Part shown: in pieces, positions 12,845 through 26,278 of the stretch
Layout: each line of letters starts with the position of its first letter
How positions within the stretch are numbered: the first letter of the stretch is position 1
From: Isurus oxyrinchus
Taxonomy: Eukaryota
DNA length: 64,000 bases
Assembly (NCBI GenBank): GCA_026770705.1
Contig: JANJGN010000034.1
Coordinates: forward strand, 3,162,001-3,226,000
Direction: 5' to 3'
Notes under the pieces: generated by a model
What the model was told of the DNA's origin: nothing
What the model saw: only the letters and a program-made list of their open reading frames with translations
Databases searched by the model: none
Made by a program: the position numbers and the translations under genes

Positions 12845-13525
12845 GAGTATCAAGAAGGCAATGAAGCTATTTGCCAGTGGCTGAAGGTTTTCCTCATCAG
12901 TGCCATGGCGTTCCACACACGTTATACATCACAGGTGTTGGACTCGGTTCACTGGACTACTCATATTTTTATCTATGCTACAGAAGGATGTGAAAGGTTG
13001 AGATTTCTAAGAAAACAAGCCGAAAGCTGTCCACCATCCAAATGCACAATTCAGACGTGTGTTTTAAACTCTCCAGTCGCCTGGGTGGGTGCAGTTCTAA
13101 CATCTCTGAAGAAGCTCAAAAACATCCAGGACAGAAATGTCAGCTTGATCGGCACATCTGATGCCATTTCAAAAAAATAGTCACTCCTTCCAACTATGAT
13201 GCAGATCATGCGGTAGATTTTATCATATGCAAGCACGGCAGTATCTCACCAATCTGCCTTCAAGACCTCCTTGTAACAGATGTATCTTCACCAATAGAGG
13301 AGCAAGGACAGCAGGCGCATGATAGCATCATCACATGCAAGTTCTCCGCTGACACACACACAGAAACTACCCTGACGAGGAACTAAATTACCATTCGTGC
13401 ACTATCACTGGCTTAAAATCTGTTCAAAACAGGAATATATGTACACAGGCAGTAAAAGGATTGCAATGGTTCAAGAAGACTCGCAATTTTGACCTTCACT
13501 GCAATGCTCATATCCCATAGGATAA
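12845..13525 (+). mobile_element. 3' fragment of a CR1/L2-group non-LTR element (copy B ~47420-48095)
   Basis: IQTCVLNSPVAWVGAVLTSLKKLKNIQDRNVSLIG resembles the post-RT motif (..EYSPLAW.GAA.T.LKKLD.IQ.KA.RLI); tail followed by (TAC/TAA)n. Confidence 0.65.
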
Positions 13526-14005
13526 TAATGATGATCATGGGGATACTACTACTTCTATAGTATTACTACCACTACTACTAATAATAATAATTACCTCCCC
13601 TGTTAAATATAGCACTGTGGCAACAAATGAGCTCGATGTTTAATTACAAAAATTTTGCAGTTCAGTCAAGCAAAACTGTTATGTGTCATACCATGAGACC
13701 TCAGTTTTACAATATATTGATAGGTGGTCTTATGATTCGGATGAGCGATAATTCTTCTCATTCGACATCTGCACCTAAGTGTAATTTAATGCAGTGCATT
13801 TGATAATGATGTTAAACTCCTCAGAATTTTGTGCAGATCAATTCAGAAAGAATACGCTGACAACTTCAACCTTTGCATCCGTGATAATTCTTATTTCATG
13901 AGAATAGCACCATAGTGCAATCTCTTCTCGTAGATTAGCCCTTCGATTTAGGGCGCTAGCCTTATCTATTTATGGGGGGTTCAAAATGAGGCAATGGCCC
14001 TTTAC

Positions 14006-14032
14006 CTTGGGGATTCCCACCTCCATCGAGTT
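14006..14032 (-). CDS. Micro-exon A6, 27 nt linker, (K)LDGGGNPQ
   Basis: ttttcctcatcccttgcag|AACTCGATGGAGGTGGGAATCCCCAAG|gtaaag. Confidence 0.75.
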
Positions 14033-15177
14033 CTGCAAGGGATGAGGAAAATTGAGTCAAATCATGGCCTTTAAATTCATTAAGAATATGATGAACAGAC
14101 TTTGCTGATGATAATTAACAATTCACTGGATAAATCTGAGCAGAGTTGTTATAACATGTGACTCTAAACGGTGTGCATGCGCATGGACTAACTATCTTTC
14201 TTATACAAATCGTCATTCCAATTCATGGTTTGTTAACGTGCGCCCCTGGCCTCAACTGCAAAAATGCTTAGAAGGCCTGAGATGACGAGGTATGGTTTGA
14301 AAATTGCGAGCAGCAAGAACATCTGGTCAGGTTAGCCAATGATTTGGCTGCAAATTGTTCTTAATTCCAATTAATCTTAACTGCCAGTTAAAATGCTCTG
14401 ATGATGTTGCCTCTTTGAACTCCAGGGACGATATTCAATTCTAGGGATTTTGGAACTTTCTGTTGCCACAAATGGACTGATGAAAAAAGAAAATGTAGTC
14501 ATAACCTTCTTGATGGGATGCGTGCCCTGGTATAGAGTTCATATCATTTGCATTTTAAAATGACAGGGCTGAATGTGATGTTGCCCATTATGAACGGAAC
14601 TCAAGAAGAAAACATTTGACCATATATTGCTGTTTTCTCGCCCCTGAACATACCAAAAGCCGATGTTTTAATGTTGGGGCAATTCTCCAGATTTAGTTGA
14701 AGGTCAATCCATGCAGAGAGCCATTGCACAAGAGTGCAAAACCATCAATATCAGACCCATCATACGTTACACTGCCCGCCAAATATTCAGTTTTAATACA
14801 GTTAATGCCAATTATTGGATATAAATTACAGAGAAATGGATTTCGGTTCTTAGCTCAAAATCAGGCTCCCTCAGCAAGCACATGTTGTTTCAGAAACTCG
14901 CTCAGCCATACTGGCTGTACGTTGAATTAGAATTTTGAGAGACTGTGATTTTTGTTAGGAAAGTGAGAATGATGAAAGGAACCTGGTTAGTCAGTTATCC
15001 ATGAAGGAGGCACGGAGCCTTGATTAGTTACCTCCTGTTCCTATGCAGTCAATTATAATAAAATGAAACAGAGAACTGTTAATAGAATACACTAAGGTGC
15101 ATCTGTGTGGGATTGGGTGGGTGGGTATGGTGATGTTAGTATTTTGTGAGGGTGGCAGCTCGACTTTACAAACTTAC

Positions 15178-15204
15178 TGCATTTCAGCTTAAGATCCTCC
15201 AGTT
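15178..15204 (-). CDS. Micro-exon A5, 27 nt, (E)LEDLKLKC
   Basis: tttttctttag|AACTGGAGGATCTTAAGCTGAAATGCA|gtaagt. Confidence 0.85.
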
Positions 15205-15778
15205 CTAAAGAAAAATGCAAATGCATCATGTTAAGCAAATTTAATCACTGGTAAGCTGGTTATTTACTCTATTACAGAAAGCAACTGCTCACACAGAATT
15301 TAAAATAAATAGAAAACCATCACAGCAGAAGGCGAGCCAGAACATTATTCAGCTTGCCCCGGCTCCATTCTTGGTGTCTCATTTGTTCCCTCTCCAATCG
15401 TTTTGCTCCCGGTCCTGCAATGTATTACATCAATGAATGTTTGCGTTTGTGAGGATAAACATCGTGATAAGAACCCTAGTGATATAGCAATGTAACATTA
15501 TTAATCACAATTGGTCCAATCACTGTCAATGCACTGGTAATTAGTAAGATAGTTTCGGAATGAAAATATAAGGAATTCAGCTGACTTGTCTTAACTGCCC
15601 AAATACTTCATCAATGATCAGAATATTAATACGTTGGAAATCATGGTTCCATTGTACAAAGCTGTGGTTAGAACTCATGCTGTGTTGTGGGGATTTCTGA
15701 ACACCACTATTTATGAAGTATGTACTGCTTTTGGACGGAGTGCAGTGCATTCTTATCAGCCTGATAACTAACGTCTAA

Positions 15779-15873
15779 GGGCAAAATCTTGTGCTTGTCG
15801 GGCAACCCGGGGTCGATCAGGGCTGGAAGGCGATTTCACACTGGCTGGCCAATTAGCTAGATAGATAGATAGA
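15779..15873. mobile_element. Truncated MITE-like end followed by (TAGA)n (copy B ~50387-50481)
   Basis: GGGCAAAATCTTG..GTCGGG..GCTGGCCAATTAG, then TAGATAGATAGATAGA. Confidence 0.4.
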
Positions 15874-16855
15874 AAACTTTTAAATACATAAGCAGTGAGA
15901 GAGATGGTTGAGTGGCCCATTTGTTAACAATGTGACGAGAATTTAAATCCAGTAACCCACATTTCTGTGAATCATTTTTTGTTCAGACTGACGTAAGGTT
16001 GTTCATTTCTCCCTCTTTTCCCCTGAAATTTAGCAAACGTCCAATAAACCTTTGGATCTGCATCTTGCTTTGTCAAAGCTGTTCGTTCGAGATTTCCAGA
16101 TCATACAAGAAATGATGCACAATGCAAAGCGCGCTTATCAAGTCATGAGACATCATTTGAGATACCATTAGATGGCCTGAATCTAGAGTTAAAATGCAGC
16201 ATTCACAAACCTTCTTGCCCCTTTCTTTTGTTACCCGGCATACCATCTCTTGGTCTGCATATTTTACAAGCATGATTCTGTAACATCTGCACCAGTGCAT
16301 CATAGGTCCCTAGGCCCAGTAATCCCCTCATAATTGAAAGTTGGGCATACACGAATGTTCCATAAACCTCGCCTCATTGATAGTATTTTACAGTGAAAGT
16401 CAGTGCAGAAAGCACTTAGATAGAAAAAATGGAAAGACCCCATTAAAGAAATAAAGTCACAGTCTATTCAAGGATGTCTAGCGATGAGCAACAGAGGTAC
16501 CTTTCACCACAGCAACGATATATACTACTTAGGCCAATTTAATCATCAGCATATGGAAATAATTGTTTTATGTTTATCCAACAGAGGGCGGTGGTGAGGA
16601 GTGACTGAAGTATTCTGGGGAAGTCACCGCAGCCACCGCGACTCAGGAGGGAATCGAGGAGGACCCACTGTCAAATAAAGGAATAGCCCTAAACATTACA
16701 TTGCTGTAGTTTTCCCATCCCTCCCTCCTCCTCACACCTAAAAAAAATGGAGAGAAAGGAAGAGGCAGTGTCTTCAGGAGTGCACCAGACCTGCGATGGA
16801 CACTCTTCTGTAAGTGTATTTTAAAGTAAAAGCAACTGGTTGGTGAGTATATCCT

Positions 16856-17053
16856 GGGAGCAGACTCGGAGGGAGGAGTACTGGAGCCGTGAGTATAAAT
16901 TTAGTTTACCTCGGGGATTTGCGGCCTTGTCTCCATGGGCCAGACTTGGGAGGAGGAGTACCAGAGCTGTGAGTATAAATCTAGCTTACCTCTGGGATTC
17001 GCAGCCTAGTGTCTAGGGAGCAGACTCACAGGGAGGAGCATAGGAGTGGTGAC
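16856..17053 (+). repeat. ~80-bp tandem repeat in the CR1 5'UTR (2 full units plus a partial)
   Basis: GGGAGCAGACTCGGAGGGAGGAGTACTGGAGCCGTGAGTATAAATTTAGTTTACCTCGGGGATT.. units start at 16856, 16937 and 17016. Confidence 0.85.
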
Positions 17054-20000
17054 TTGGGGGCTCAGAGTTACTGACGTCAAAAATGGAAAAGTGACTTCAC
17101 AGGAAAGCTGTGACCTGATTGGCTGGTAGGAAATCTACACCAAATTTGAAAAAAAAAAGCACTGCAAACTTAATTAATAAACTAATTATAGAGTTGGCTG
17201 GGAAGGGGATGTGCCGTAGCAGTACGATTTGGGGGGTCGCGGATCCCATTGCGAGCCGCACTGACTACATCTGCAGGAAGTATTGGTTACTGGAGGAACT
17301 CTGGCTCAGAATTGATGGGCTGGTGTCCGATCTCCAGATGCTGTGACACATCTTGGAGGGGGAGAGGTACCTGGGTGCTTTGTATGAGGAGGCGGTCGCA
17401 CCCGGTAGATTAAGAACCTCATGTCCGGTCAGTGGTCAGGGTCAGCAGGGTGTGACTGCAAGTGGGGCACGTAAAGGAATCCTGTTTTCAGTCCAACAGG
17501 TAGAAATACTTGCTCCCTGTATGGATGAGGAAGACACTTGCAGGGAGTATGAGCCTGCTGACTACGGCACCGTGTCACAGGAGGCCATTCAAGAGGTGAG
17601 AACAAAAAGACTAGTGGTAGTTGTAGGAGATTCTATAATTAGTGGAATTGATAGCTTCGTTTGTAAGCAGGATCAAGAGTCCCGCTTGGTATGTTACCTG
17701 CCCTGTGCCAGGATGAGGGATATCTCTGTCTGGCTTGAAAGGATATTGGAGAGGGAGGGGGATTTTCCACTTTTTTGTTCCATGTCGGGAAAAATAACAC
17801 AGCTAAGACTAGGAAAGGGGACATTTTGGAGATTATCAGGAAGTAGGAAATAAATTAAAGAACAGGTCCTCAAGGGTTATAATCTCTGGATTACTACCCG
17901 AGCCACGTTAAAATTGGCATAGGGCTGCAAGAATAAGGGAAGTAAATACGTGGCTGAAGAAGTGGTGTGTGAAAGAGGGTTTCCATTTCATGGGGCTTTG
18001 GCATCAGCATTGGAATGGGCGGGATCTATACTGTAGGGATGGTCTCCACCTGAACCGGTCTGGGACCAATGTTCTAGCGGAAAGAGTAAGTAGGGTGGTC
18101 AACAGCACTTTAAACTAGAAAGTGGGGGAGGGGGGGGGGGTGCATAAAACCCAAAGAATTATGAGTAATGGGAAACAAAGCAGCACGTTAGCATATGGGG
18201 TGGGGTGGGGGGTTGGATTCAACTTCATAGAAAATTCTGAAAAAAACTGAAATGAAAGGAGAGCCCGAGAGAGGCTCGTAAAGCCTCCAGAACACGAAAT
18301 AGGATAGAGTGTTTGGAAAGGGCTAGGAATCTAACTTCAAGCATATGAGTTAAAGGGACAACAATGAGAACAGAGACAGAAAATACAGGACTGCAGGTCT
18401 TGTGTCTGAATGCACGCAGTATACGAAATAATGTAAATGAGCTTCTGGCACAGATTGAAATTGGCAGGTATGATGTGATGGGCATCATAGAGACATGGCT
18501 GAAAGGGGATCAGGACTGGGAGACAAATATCCAAGGCTATGCATCCTATCGAAAAGATAGGTAGGTTGACAGAGCGGGTGGGGTTGGTTTGTTAGTAAGA
18601 AATGAAAGTAAACCGAGCACAAGAAAAGTTGTAGGGTCACTTGATGCAGAATCGGTCTGTGTCGAGATGAGGAATGGCAAAGGTAAAAAAAAACATAATG
18701 GGAGTCATGTACAGGCCTCCGAACAGTAGTCAGGATGTGGTGCACAAGATACACCAGTGGATGGAAAATGTGTGTAAGAAAGGCAATTTTACAGTAATCA
18801 TGGGGGATTTCAATATGCAGGTAGACTGGGAAAATCAGGTTGGCAGTGGAACCCAAGAAAATGAATTTGTGGAATTTCTACGAGATGGCTTTTTGTTGCA
18901 GCTTGTGGTGGAGCCTACTAGGGAACAGGCAATTCTAGATTTATTGATGTGTAATGAGGCAGATTTGATAAGGGAGCTTAAGGTGCAGGAATCTTTACGA
19001 GGAAGCGACCATAATATGATAGAATTTACCCTGCAATTTGAGAGGAAAGAGCTGGAATCAGATGTAACGGTATTACAGTTGAATAAAGGGAACTACAGAG
19101 GCATGAGGGGGGAGCTGGCCAGAATTGACGGGGAGATGAGCCAGGTTGGAAAGACAATGGAGTAATTTGGGAGACACAGCAAAAATTCATTCCTAGGAAG
19201 AAGAAGCATACTAAAGGGAGGAGGAGGCAACCATGGCTGAAAAAGGATGTAAGGGACAGCATTATAACTGAAGAGAAAACATACAATGTGGCGAAGAGCA
19301 GTGTGAAACCAGGGGATTGGGAAGCTTACAAAGACCAACAGAGGACAACTAAAAAAAGAAATAAGGAGGGAGAAGTTTAAATATGAGGTAAGCTAACCAG
19401 TAATATAAATGAAGATTGCAAGAGTTTTTCTTAGTTACATAAAGTGTAGGGATGAGGCAAAAGTGGACATTCGGCTGCCAGAAAATGACGCTGGAGAATT
19501 AGTAGTGGGGAATAAAGAAATGGTAGAGGAACTAAATATGTACTTTGCGTCAGTCTTCACAGTGGAAGACACGAGTGACATCCTCAAAGATCAAAAGAGT
19601 CGGCGGGCAGAGGTGTGTATGGTGGCCACTAACAGTGAGAAGGTGCTAGGAAAACTGAAAGGCCTGAAGGTGGCTAAAACACCTGGACCAGATGGATTAA
19701 ACCTCAGAGTTCTGAGGGAGATAGCTCAGGAGATAGTGGAGGTGTTTGTGGCGATCTTTCAGGAATCACTGGTGTCATGGCGGATCCCAGAGGACTGGAA
19801 AATCGCTAATGTAACCCCCCTGTTTAAGAAGGGAGTGAGGCAAAAGATGGGAAATTACAGACTGATTAGCCTGACCTCCGTTGTTGGTAAGATTTTACCG
19901 TCCATTATTCAGGATGAGCTTTCGGAATACTTGGAAGTGCATGGTAAAATAGGGCAAAATCAACATGCTTTCAATCAGGGGAGGTCATGCCTCACAAATC

Positions 20001-20091
20001 TGTTAGGATTATTTGAGGTGGCAACTAGTAGGTTAGACAAAGGAAAGCCAATGGCTGTTATCTGCTTGGACTTCCAGAAGGCCTTTGACAG

Positions 20092-20296
20092 GAAAGATGG
20101 CCACGGACACCTCCACTATCTCCTCAGCTATGTCCTTCAGAACTCTCTGCTGTAACCATCTGGTCCAGGGTATTTAGCCACCTTCAGGCCTTTCAGTTTT
20201 TCTAGCACCTTTTCACTGGTAATGGCCACCATTCACACCTCTTCCCCCCGACTCTCTTCAACTTTGGGGATGTTACTCGTCTCTTCCACTGTGAAG
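20092..20296 (-). mobile_element. Inverted ~205-bp CR1 ORF2 segment inside the copy A CR1
   Basis: Diverged reverse complement of ~19555-19760; absent at the equivalent site in copy B (54650-54675). Confidence 0.9.
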
Positions 20297-22337
20297 ATTG
20301 ACACAGGATATTGCTCATAACATAGGAGCCCATGGTGTTAACGGCAAAGTACACGCATGGATAGAAGATTGGCAGTCTGGCAGGAGGCAGAGAGTGGGGA
20401 TAAGGGGGTCCTTCTCAGGATGGCTGACGATGACTAGTGGAGTTCCGCAGGGGTCAGTGTTGGGACCACAAATTATCACTTTATACATTAATGATCTAGA
20501 TGAAGGAACTGAGGGCATCCTGGCTAAGTTTGCAGATGCTACGAAGATAGGTGGAGGAACAGGGAGTATTGAGGAGGCAGGAGGCTGCAGAAGGATTTGG
20601 ACAGATTAGGAATATGGGCAACAAAGTGGCAGATGGAATACAACATGGGGAAGTGTGAGGTCATGCACTTTGGGAGGAAGAATAGAGGCATAGAACATTT
20701 TCTAATTGGGAGAGAATTCAGAAGCCTGGAGTGCAAAGCGACTTTGGAGTCCTAGTCCAGGATTCTCTTCAGGTTAACTTGCAGGCTGAGTCAGAAGTTA
20801 AGAAGCCAAATGCAATGTTGGCATTTATTTCGAGAGGACTAGAAGATAAAAGCAGGGATGTGCTGCTGAGGCTTTATAAGGGTCTGGTCAGATCACATTT
20901 AGAATATTGTGACTAGTTTTTGGCCCCGTATCTCAGGAAGGATGTGCTGGCTCTGGAGAGGGTCCAGACGATGTTCACGAGAATGATCCCAGGAATGAAA
21001 GGCTTAAAATATGAGGAACGTTTAAGCACTCTGGGTCTGTACTCGATAGAGTTTAGAAGGATGAGGAGGGTTCTGGTTGAAACTTACAGAATACTGAAAG
21101 GCCTGGATAAAGTGGACGTGGGGAAGATTTTCCATTAGTAAAAGAGAATAGGACCCGAGGGCACAGCCTCAGAGTAAAGAGAAGACCTTTTTGAACAGAG
21201 ATGAGGAGAAACTTCTTTAGCCACAGCGTGGTGAATCTATGGAATTCATTGCCACAGAAGGCTGTGGAGGCCAGGTCATTGAGTGTACTTTAGACAGAGA
21301 TAGGTAAGGGGATCAAAGGTTACGGGAGAAGGCGGGAGAATGGGGTTGAGAAACCTATCACACATGATTGAAAGGCGGAGCAGACTCGATGGGCCGAATG
21401 GCCTAATTTCTGCTGCTATGTCTTATGCTCTTATGGTCTTATGTAAATATTCAGCATTAAGAAGGTCCACTAATCTAATACTAGGAATCATATCATTATC
21501 TTTAACTAGAAAGAAAAATATGCCACTGTGGACAATCGGTGAGTGGTGCATTATCTCTCAAGTTTTGCATTGCTACGCTGATACATGCCATCCACTAAAG
21601 TTAAACGTGTGTCCGAGTGTTACATCTGAGGTCTAAAATGGTTACACAATCCGCCGTTTTCCTCACGACAATTGTGGAAACCCAGCCATTGCTCCAACTG
21701 GAAAGGTGTCAAGTTCATATTGGATTATCTTACTATTTCCTTTGCCTTCAAGAAACGCCCAATTAATATCAGGAGCTGCATCTCCCTCAGTACCTTTCCA
21801 GATGTGGACCATTGAACATCTATGTCTTCGGTCAGGTCCAATTTAATAAAGCAAAAAGAAATGATTCACTTTTTAAGACAGGAGGCATTCGTTCCATAAG
21901 GTGCGCCTCACTCTTGAGCTGATCTTAGTCATTCACAAATCTAACTTCACTAGCTTGAATAAGTTATTTCTACAGTTCTAAATTATCTCCATCTAAAAAA
22001 TCTGCTTATTCTGTTCACATGATTTGGTGGTATCTGCATCGGTGTTGGATCCACCATTGAGCCGCTTAACAGGAAGAAATGCTTCACTTCAAGAAGAAGA
22101 CATGCCACCTCTTCAACAGGTGCAAGTTTGTTTAATAAGCCTCAACCTTACTAGAGACAACGGGATCAATGTTTCTGGTCAACTAGTGGTAAGCAAAACT
22201 CTGACTCAAAGATCCTCTATTTCCTAGACGCAAAAAGAAATTTACGATTTCCCTTTTACACGTTTGTATTAATAATAATGGAAATGAATGGAACCACGTC
22301 TAGACCTGCAAAGATAATAACTGTTCGATATTCTTAC

Positions 22338-22364
22338 CTTTTTCCCTGTTACTCAGTCTTTGTT
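22338..22364 (-). CDS. Micro-exon A4, 27 nt, (E)QRLSNREK
   Basis: ctttattatcacag|AACAAAGACTGAGTAACAGGGAAAAAG|gtaaga. Confidence 0.85.
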
Positions 22365-23062
22365 CTGTGATAATAAAGCCAGACAAAGTTAGTAATATCG
22401 CCGGGCAAATCCGTTTTTGAGAATGTTGAAACGTGTAATGTACAAACGTTAATAATTTGGAAATAGATCATCCCTGGGAGACCACAAAGTGCACTTTCGG
22501 CAGCCTGATATAATACACCTCTGATTTTCTCTCCCACCGACGTCTCCAGGGCTGAATCTAATTGGCACCATAGAGCAGTCACCATTGCCGATCTTTAGGT
22601 GTCAGGTTAATTAATTCTGCCCTTAACTCTGTCTGGTATCAATATCAACCTTATCTAATGCCAACATGTTTGCCTATTAACTGTGCTGTGTAAATGCTTT
22701 TCCGAATGTTTGCTACAATGCAAACCATTCAGCAGTTTGCAAGGAATCAGAAACGTGCCACAGGCGCAAGGGCAGCTGGAATGTGCTTGGAATTCTGCAA
22801 CTGCCAGTTGTGCACACATCAAGGGAAGGAACAGCATACTCCATTACCTTCTATAAGGGAAATTTGAGCAATCAGCCAAAGGTTTTGGCTGCATTGCAGT
22901 ATCGCCAGGAAACGTCCTTATGTGGACAATTGGCTTGGCTTGTTTAATCATTGGTAATGAGTAACCTGCATCACAAAGAAAAGACAGGCGGAGCTAAGGC
23001 AGATAGAACCAAATAGCAGGCGTCAATTGGAATCGCATGACAAACATTTTCTTCCCTCATAC

Positions 23063-23098
23063 CTGAACGTTCCAGAGCACCTTTTACGTTTTCCAGTT
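23063..23098 (-). CDS. Micro-exon A3, 36 nt, (E)LENVKGALERS
   Basis: gcgtgctttcag|AACTGGAAAACGTAAAAGGTGCTCTGGAACGTTCAG|gtatga. Confidence 0.85.
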
Positions 23099-23579
23099 CT
23101 GAAAGCACGCATAAAACCAAATATTTTATTCCATGAGCATAATAACATCAGGTGCAATTATCTAAAACAAAGGATGCAATTGAAAAATATTTATTCAAGA
23201 ACGTAGTGCACACAAACGCTCGTTACAGCTGATTGAATGTGATTGAAGTACAGCCACTTGTAATTATGAAACACCGTATCCAATTTAACACAGACAGTGC
23301 ATCCCACATCATTCAAAAAAACAGCTCTTTTTTTCCGCTCATGTTGCGGACCCTTCTTTTGTCAATATCCTTAAATCCGTGTCGGTTGGTTCCTGACTCT
23401 ACCGACAATAGCAGCAACATTTCATATTTACTCTTTCTAATGCCTTTCCACCTTTGTGCAGCTGCATGAAGTCTCCACTTTATAATCTCTTGTCCAACGG
23501 GAACAGCAGCAAATTCATTAGTCGGCCCAGGAAAATTAAGTTCATCATCCCTGAGCATTAGGTGTGGACCTTTTCTGCA

Positions 23580-24700
23580 CACTATCTAATGCCTCCTCAT
23601 CCTTCCTAAGGTGAAGTCTTCCCATGACTGAGTACAATATTGTCTTTGAGGCCAAACAAGTGTCTTAGAGATGCTTTCACTGAATTCGTGCTCCTTGCCC
23701 GTCTTTATAAACTCCGTGATCACCGATGCTTTATTCATTTTTTTACCCCGCACACTCCCCCCACAAAAGCACCACTTCAGCCATTTGGGCAGATAACGAT
23801 GTCCCTCTGTTCCTGTGCCGCCGTTCGAATTGTACCTGTTATTAAACATAGTTTCCCTCTTTATTATGAACAATTGAATCATTTGAGGTTTCTTTGAATT
23901 AAATGCATACTTCCACAAATTCCACCAGCCTGTCTATGCCGCCTTGAAGCTATCATTATCGCCATCACTGTTTACAATATTAAGCAGTACCCTGCATACC
24001 CTAAAACAGTTAATTAATGTAAAGATGTCGGGGAAAATATCGACACTAAGTAAGACGCCTGAGGAACTCCAGTATATTCCTTATCCAGTCAGCTAAAAAC
24101 AATACTTCACCACTGCTCTCTTCTTTTAGCTACTCAGTAAGATTTACATCTGTGCTACTACTGTTCCCTTTATTCATTGTGATATAATTTGCTTACTAAG
24201 CCTAACATGTGGCACTTTGTTAAATACTTTTTTCAAGTCCATTTTCAATACTTCAACCGCGTTAGAATCATTGTCCTTATTTTGTCTCATCAAAGTACTC
24301 AAACGATTTATTTGAACAAGATTTAGTCCAAAAACAAAATAGGTGCTGTCCTTCCTGAAATTTTTCCAGTGATCATGAATTTCATTCGCATTTATCATTC
24401 CTGAAAACGTCCCCTTCACTCTGGTTAAACAGGCTGGTTTGCACATACTGATACTATCCTTACAATGTGAGAACAAGGGCTTAAAATATGCGGATCCCCA
24501 ATTATCTGCACTGCCCTTGTAGGTAATGAGATTTGAACCTTTGTGGCTAGCACCTCTGCACTTGCCCTCTTGCATCCCTCGCCATCCTTGGATGCAAAAG
24601 CTGTCCCTGAGACTCAGCAACATTAAATGTAATCTAACTCTCAACTACCATCTGTTTGTCATTTTTTTTTTGCATCTAGTATCTCAATGACCCCAACTTC
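23580..24700 (-). mobile_element. Decayed CR1 RT fragment (copy B ~57945-59080)
   Basis: Minus-strand MDLKKVFNKVPHVRL (degenerate LDFxKAFDKVPHxRL) and KTLVWPQRQYCTQSW (degenerate KxLVRPxLEYCVQFW). Confidence 0.75.
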
Positions 24701-25479
24701 CACTATGCCTCACATAAGGTCTTATACATCCAGTTGCAACTGCACATAATTTGGGACTTGGAATGATCTTCTACTATCACTTAGGAATAAACAATCAATT
24801 CCTGTTATGCATCTACCATGCATAAACACAATTTTGCATTGTAATGTCACTGGATTTTAACATGGAACATTGCTATACTTGTCGTTAATGTTGTTAAATA
24901 CCATCAATAGAACAAACAGAAAATACTCTTGTGAATAAACAGCTTAAGTGAAACTGCAATATAACAAATAAGCTAGTACTTGTGTACACATTTCATTTCT
25001 TTAAGTGTCATCGTGTTACAATCCTGTATTTCTTTGAAGGTAGAAGTATAAGCAGGCACTTTTGGCCAAGGTTTTCATGATGAGGTGAATAAGAAAAACA
25101 TTTTCCTGCAGTTGCAATTACAAGTATCCAATAGCTGAAAATGAACAGTGCAAGAAGTTTCAGTGGTAGAATTATTAACTAGTGCTTCAACTGAGCGGTT
25201 AGAAACTTGGAATGACCTTTCATGATCAACATGTGACGTTGGATCACTGATGAGTTTTACAACTTGGAATTGTAGATCAGTTTTTGCAAAAAAAATAAAG
25301 GGCATGTTACAAGAATAACTATAGGAAATTCGGCCTAAGTCATTCATGACAGGGAGGCGGTGATGTAGTATTAATGTCCTTGCAGTAATCCATGAATTCA
25401 GGCTAAGGCTCTGGGGGCATATTTTCAAATCCCACCATGATTGCTAGGGAATTTGCATTCAATTAATTAACTCGAAGTA

Positions 25480-25830
25480 CGAGTGGACCATTCAGCCCGT
25501 CGAGCCTTCTCCCTCATTCATAAAGTTCATGGCTCATCATCCACTTCTATGCATTTTTCTCACACTACACCGAGATCCCTCTTGCAATTTATATTTAGGA
25601 CCTTGTGAATCACTACTACAAACAAGCTTTTTCGGAGACCTTAATTGTACAGTCAGCTGAGGTTAAAGACTGCAAAAACTTACATCACTCTCAGTGAGAA
25701 AAAAAAAACTAATCTGGGTCCAAATGCCATGAACATTCATTGCACTCCCTATATGGCAATGCTATAATTCCAGAGGTTAAGGGGAACATAACTACGCACA
25801 ATACTCTAGCTGTGGCCTTACCAATGTTCC
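25480..25830 (-). mobile_element. CR1 3' fragment nested inside a SINE (SINE halves ~25355-25470 and ~25830-26150; copy B ~59545-60340)
   Basis: GAGTGGACCATTCAGCCCGTCGAGCC antisense CR1 tail; SINE head TTCAAATCCCACCATG upstream; SINE body and tail resume downstream. Confidence 0.65.
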
Positions 25831-26151
25831 GGAATCTTTAATTTTGAACTAGTATCATTAATGGGGACCATGAAGCTGTCATTGATTTTTCTAAAATACC
25901 ATCCTGTTCACGAATGTGACATAGGGAAGGAAAATCTTCCACCCTCATATGATCTGGCCTATGTGTCATTCCAAACTCACAGCGAATGGTACTTAGTTAT
26001 CATTGATATCTGCTTACAAAGTAAGACCCAGAACAATATGGTTAAGTCCTTAAAGTCCTCTGAAATTGCCGAGAAAGCTACTCAGTTCAATTGCAATTAG
26101 GGTAGTGCAACCAATGTTGGCCCTGCCAGCGATGCCGAGACCATCGCAAAG

Positions 26152-26278
26152 AATGATGATGATTATGAAGGTGATGATGATGATGATGATGATGATGCTG
26201 GTGATGATGATAAGGATGATGGTGGCGGTAATAATATGCTTCTAATATTATTCTCATTAATAATAATAATAGTAATAC
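26152..26278. repeat. (GAT)n/(AAT)n microsatellite at the SINE tail (copy B ~60343-60445)
   Basis: Direct reading; explains the poly-His ORF 26087-26326. Confidence 0.9.

Larger units (their letters stand above)
16585..21443 (+). mobile_element. Near full-length inactive CR1 LINE, copy A (5'UTR repeats; ORF1 zinc finger plus SGNH esterase; ORF2 endonuclease plus RT)
   Basis: ORF1: DYICRKYWLLEELWLRIDGL and VVVGDSIISGIDS. Endonuclease: CLNARSIRN..IIETWL, MGDFN, GSDHN. RT: KTPGPDG, NYRLISLTS, LDFQKAFD, SGVPQGSVLGP, KFADATK. (TCTTATG)n-like tail. Many stops and frameshifts; 5' boundary approximate. Confidence 0.95.

Noticed and set aside
14654-14725. Possible exon between exons 5 and 6 (donor gtatgt in both copies)
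   Set aside because: The acceptor is absent in A; in B the 67-nt segment has an in-frame TAA; there is an indel between copies.
16856-17053. CRISPR-like array
   Set aside because: Contiguous ~80-bp monomers without unique spacers, inside a eukaryotic CR1 5'UTR.
19409-20155. Longest ORF (248 aa) as an active reverse transcriptase
   Set aside because: A fragment of CR1 ORF2 with stops and frameshifts on both sides, ending within the inverted insertion.
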